Below the pieces are notes generated by a model. It ran no database searches. It worked only from the letters and a program-made list of their open reading frames with translations, and was not told where the DNA came from. Shown here piece by piece: positions 19,918 through 20,000 of a stretch of 20,000 nt of DNA. The number at the start of each line of letters is the position of its first letter. The stretch's first letter is position 1. This stretch comes from Flectonema sp. DT1601 (lineage: Eukaryota), in assembly GCA_964019425.1 (NCBI GenBank), contig OZ025799.1, positions 1,299,230-1,319,229 of the forward strand, written 5' to 3'. The translations under genes and the position numbers were made by a program.

Positions 19918-20000
19918 CCCCAAAGGAAGAAAATTCTTCCTAAGAGGTCAGCTAAATATTCCAAGCAAGCTCGGATGTTGAGACTGTACCAATAAAGTAC
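19918..20000 (-). ncRNA. SL RNA (partial, cut by window edge)
   Basis: Intron and last 11 exon nt present. The window ends before the insertion site, so its status is unknown. Confidence 0.85.

Larger units (their letters stand above)
5411..20000 (-). repeat. Tandem array of linked 5S rRNA + SL RNA genes; 610-bp unit (1085 bp when carrying the 475-bp insert)
   Basis: ORF-track starts recur every 610 bp, with 1085-bp steps at insert-bearing units. Units appear identical by eye except one SNP at 5669. Confidence 0.97.

Noticed and set aside
5387..19995. Repeated 66/69-aa and 88-aa + strand ORFs
   Set aside because: They run antisense across 5S, spacer and SL RNA sequence, have no protein motifs, and recur only because the unit is repeated. 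The 88-aa ORF starts at GTG.
5411..20000. CRISPR-like array associated with an RT
   Set aside because: Units are 610 bp and identical, with no unique spacers and no cas genes. They are eukaryotic 5S/SL genes, and the RT is LINE-type.

Overview
Eukaryotic DNA, most likely from a diplonemid (Euglenozoa), judged from the spliced-leader and 5S sequences. Bases 1-5412 hold the 3' ~5.4 kb of a + strand I-group (Ingi-like) non-LTR retrotransposon. It has a 5'-truncated ORF1, an in-frame UGA, a 2A/StopGo-like peptide (LLLCGDIHPNPG|P), an APE-RT-RNase H-CCHC ORF2 with one homopolymer frameshift, a structured 3' UTR and a poly(A) tail. The tail joins the flanking array at the base immediately upstream of the 5S rRNA +1. 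Bases 5411-20000 are a near-perfect 610-bp tandem array. Each unit carries one 5S rRNA gene and one spliced-leader (SL) RNA gene, both on the - strand: 21 complete 5S genes, 18 intact SL genes and 1 partial SL gene. Three further SL genes are split between exon nt 26 and 27 by the same 475-bp non-coding element, which has ~35-bp imperfect inverted repeats and looks MITE-like. The repeated 69-aa and 88-aa ORFs are artefacts of the RNA-gene array.
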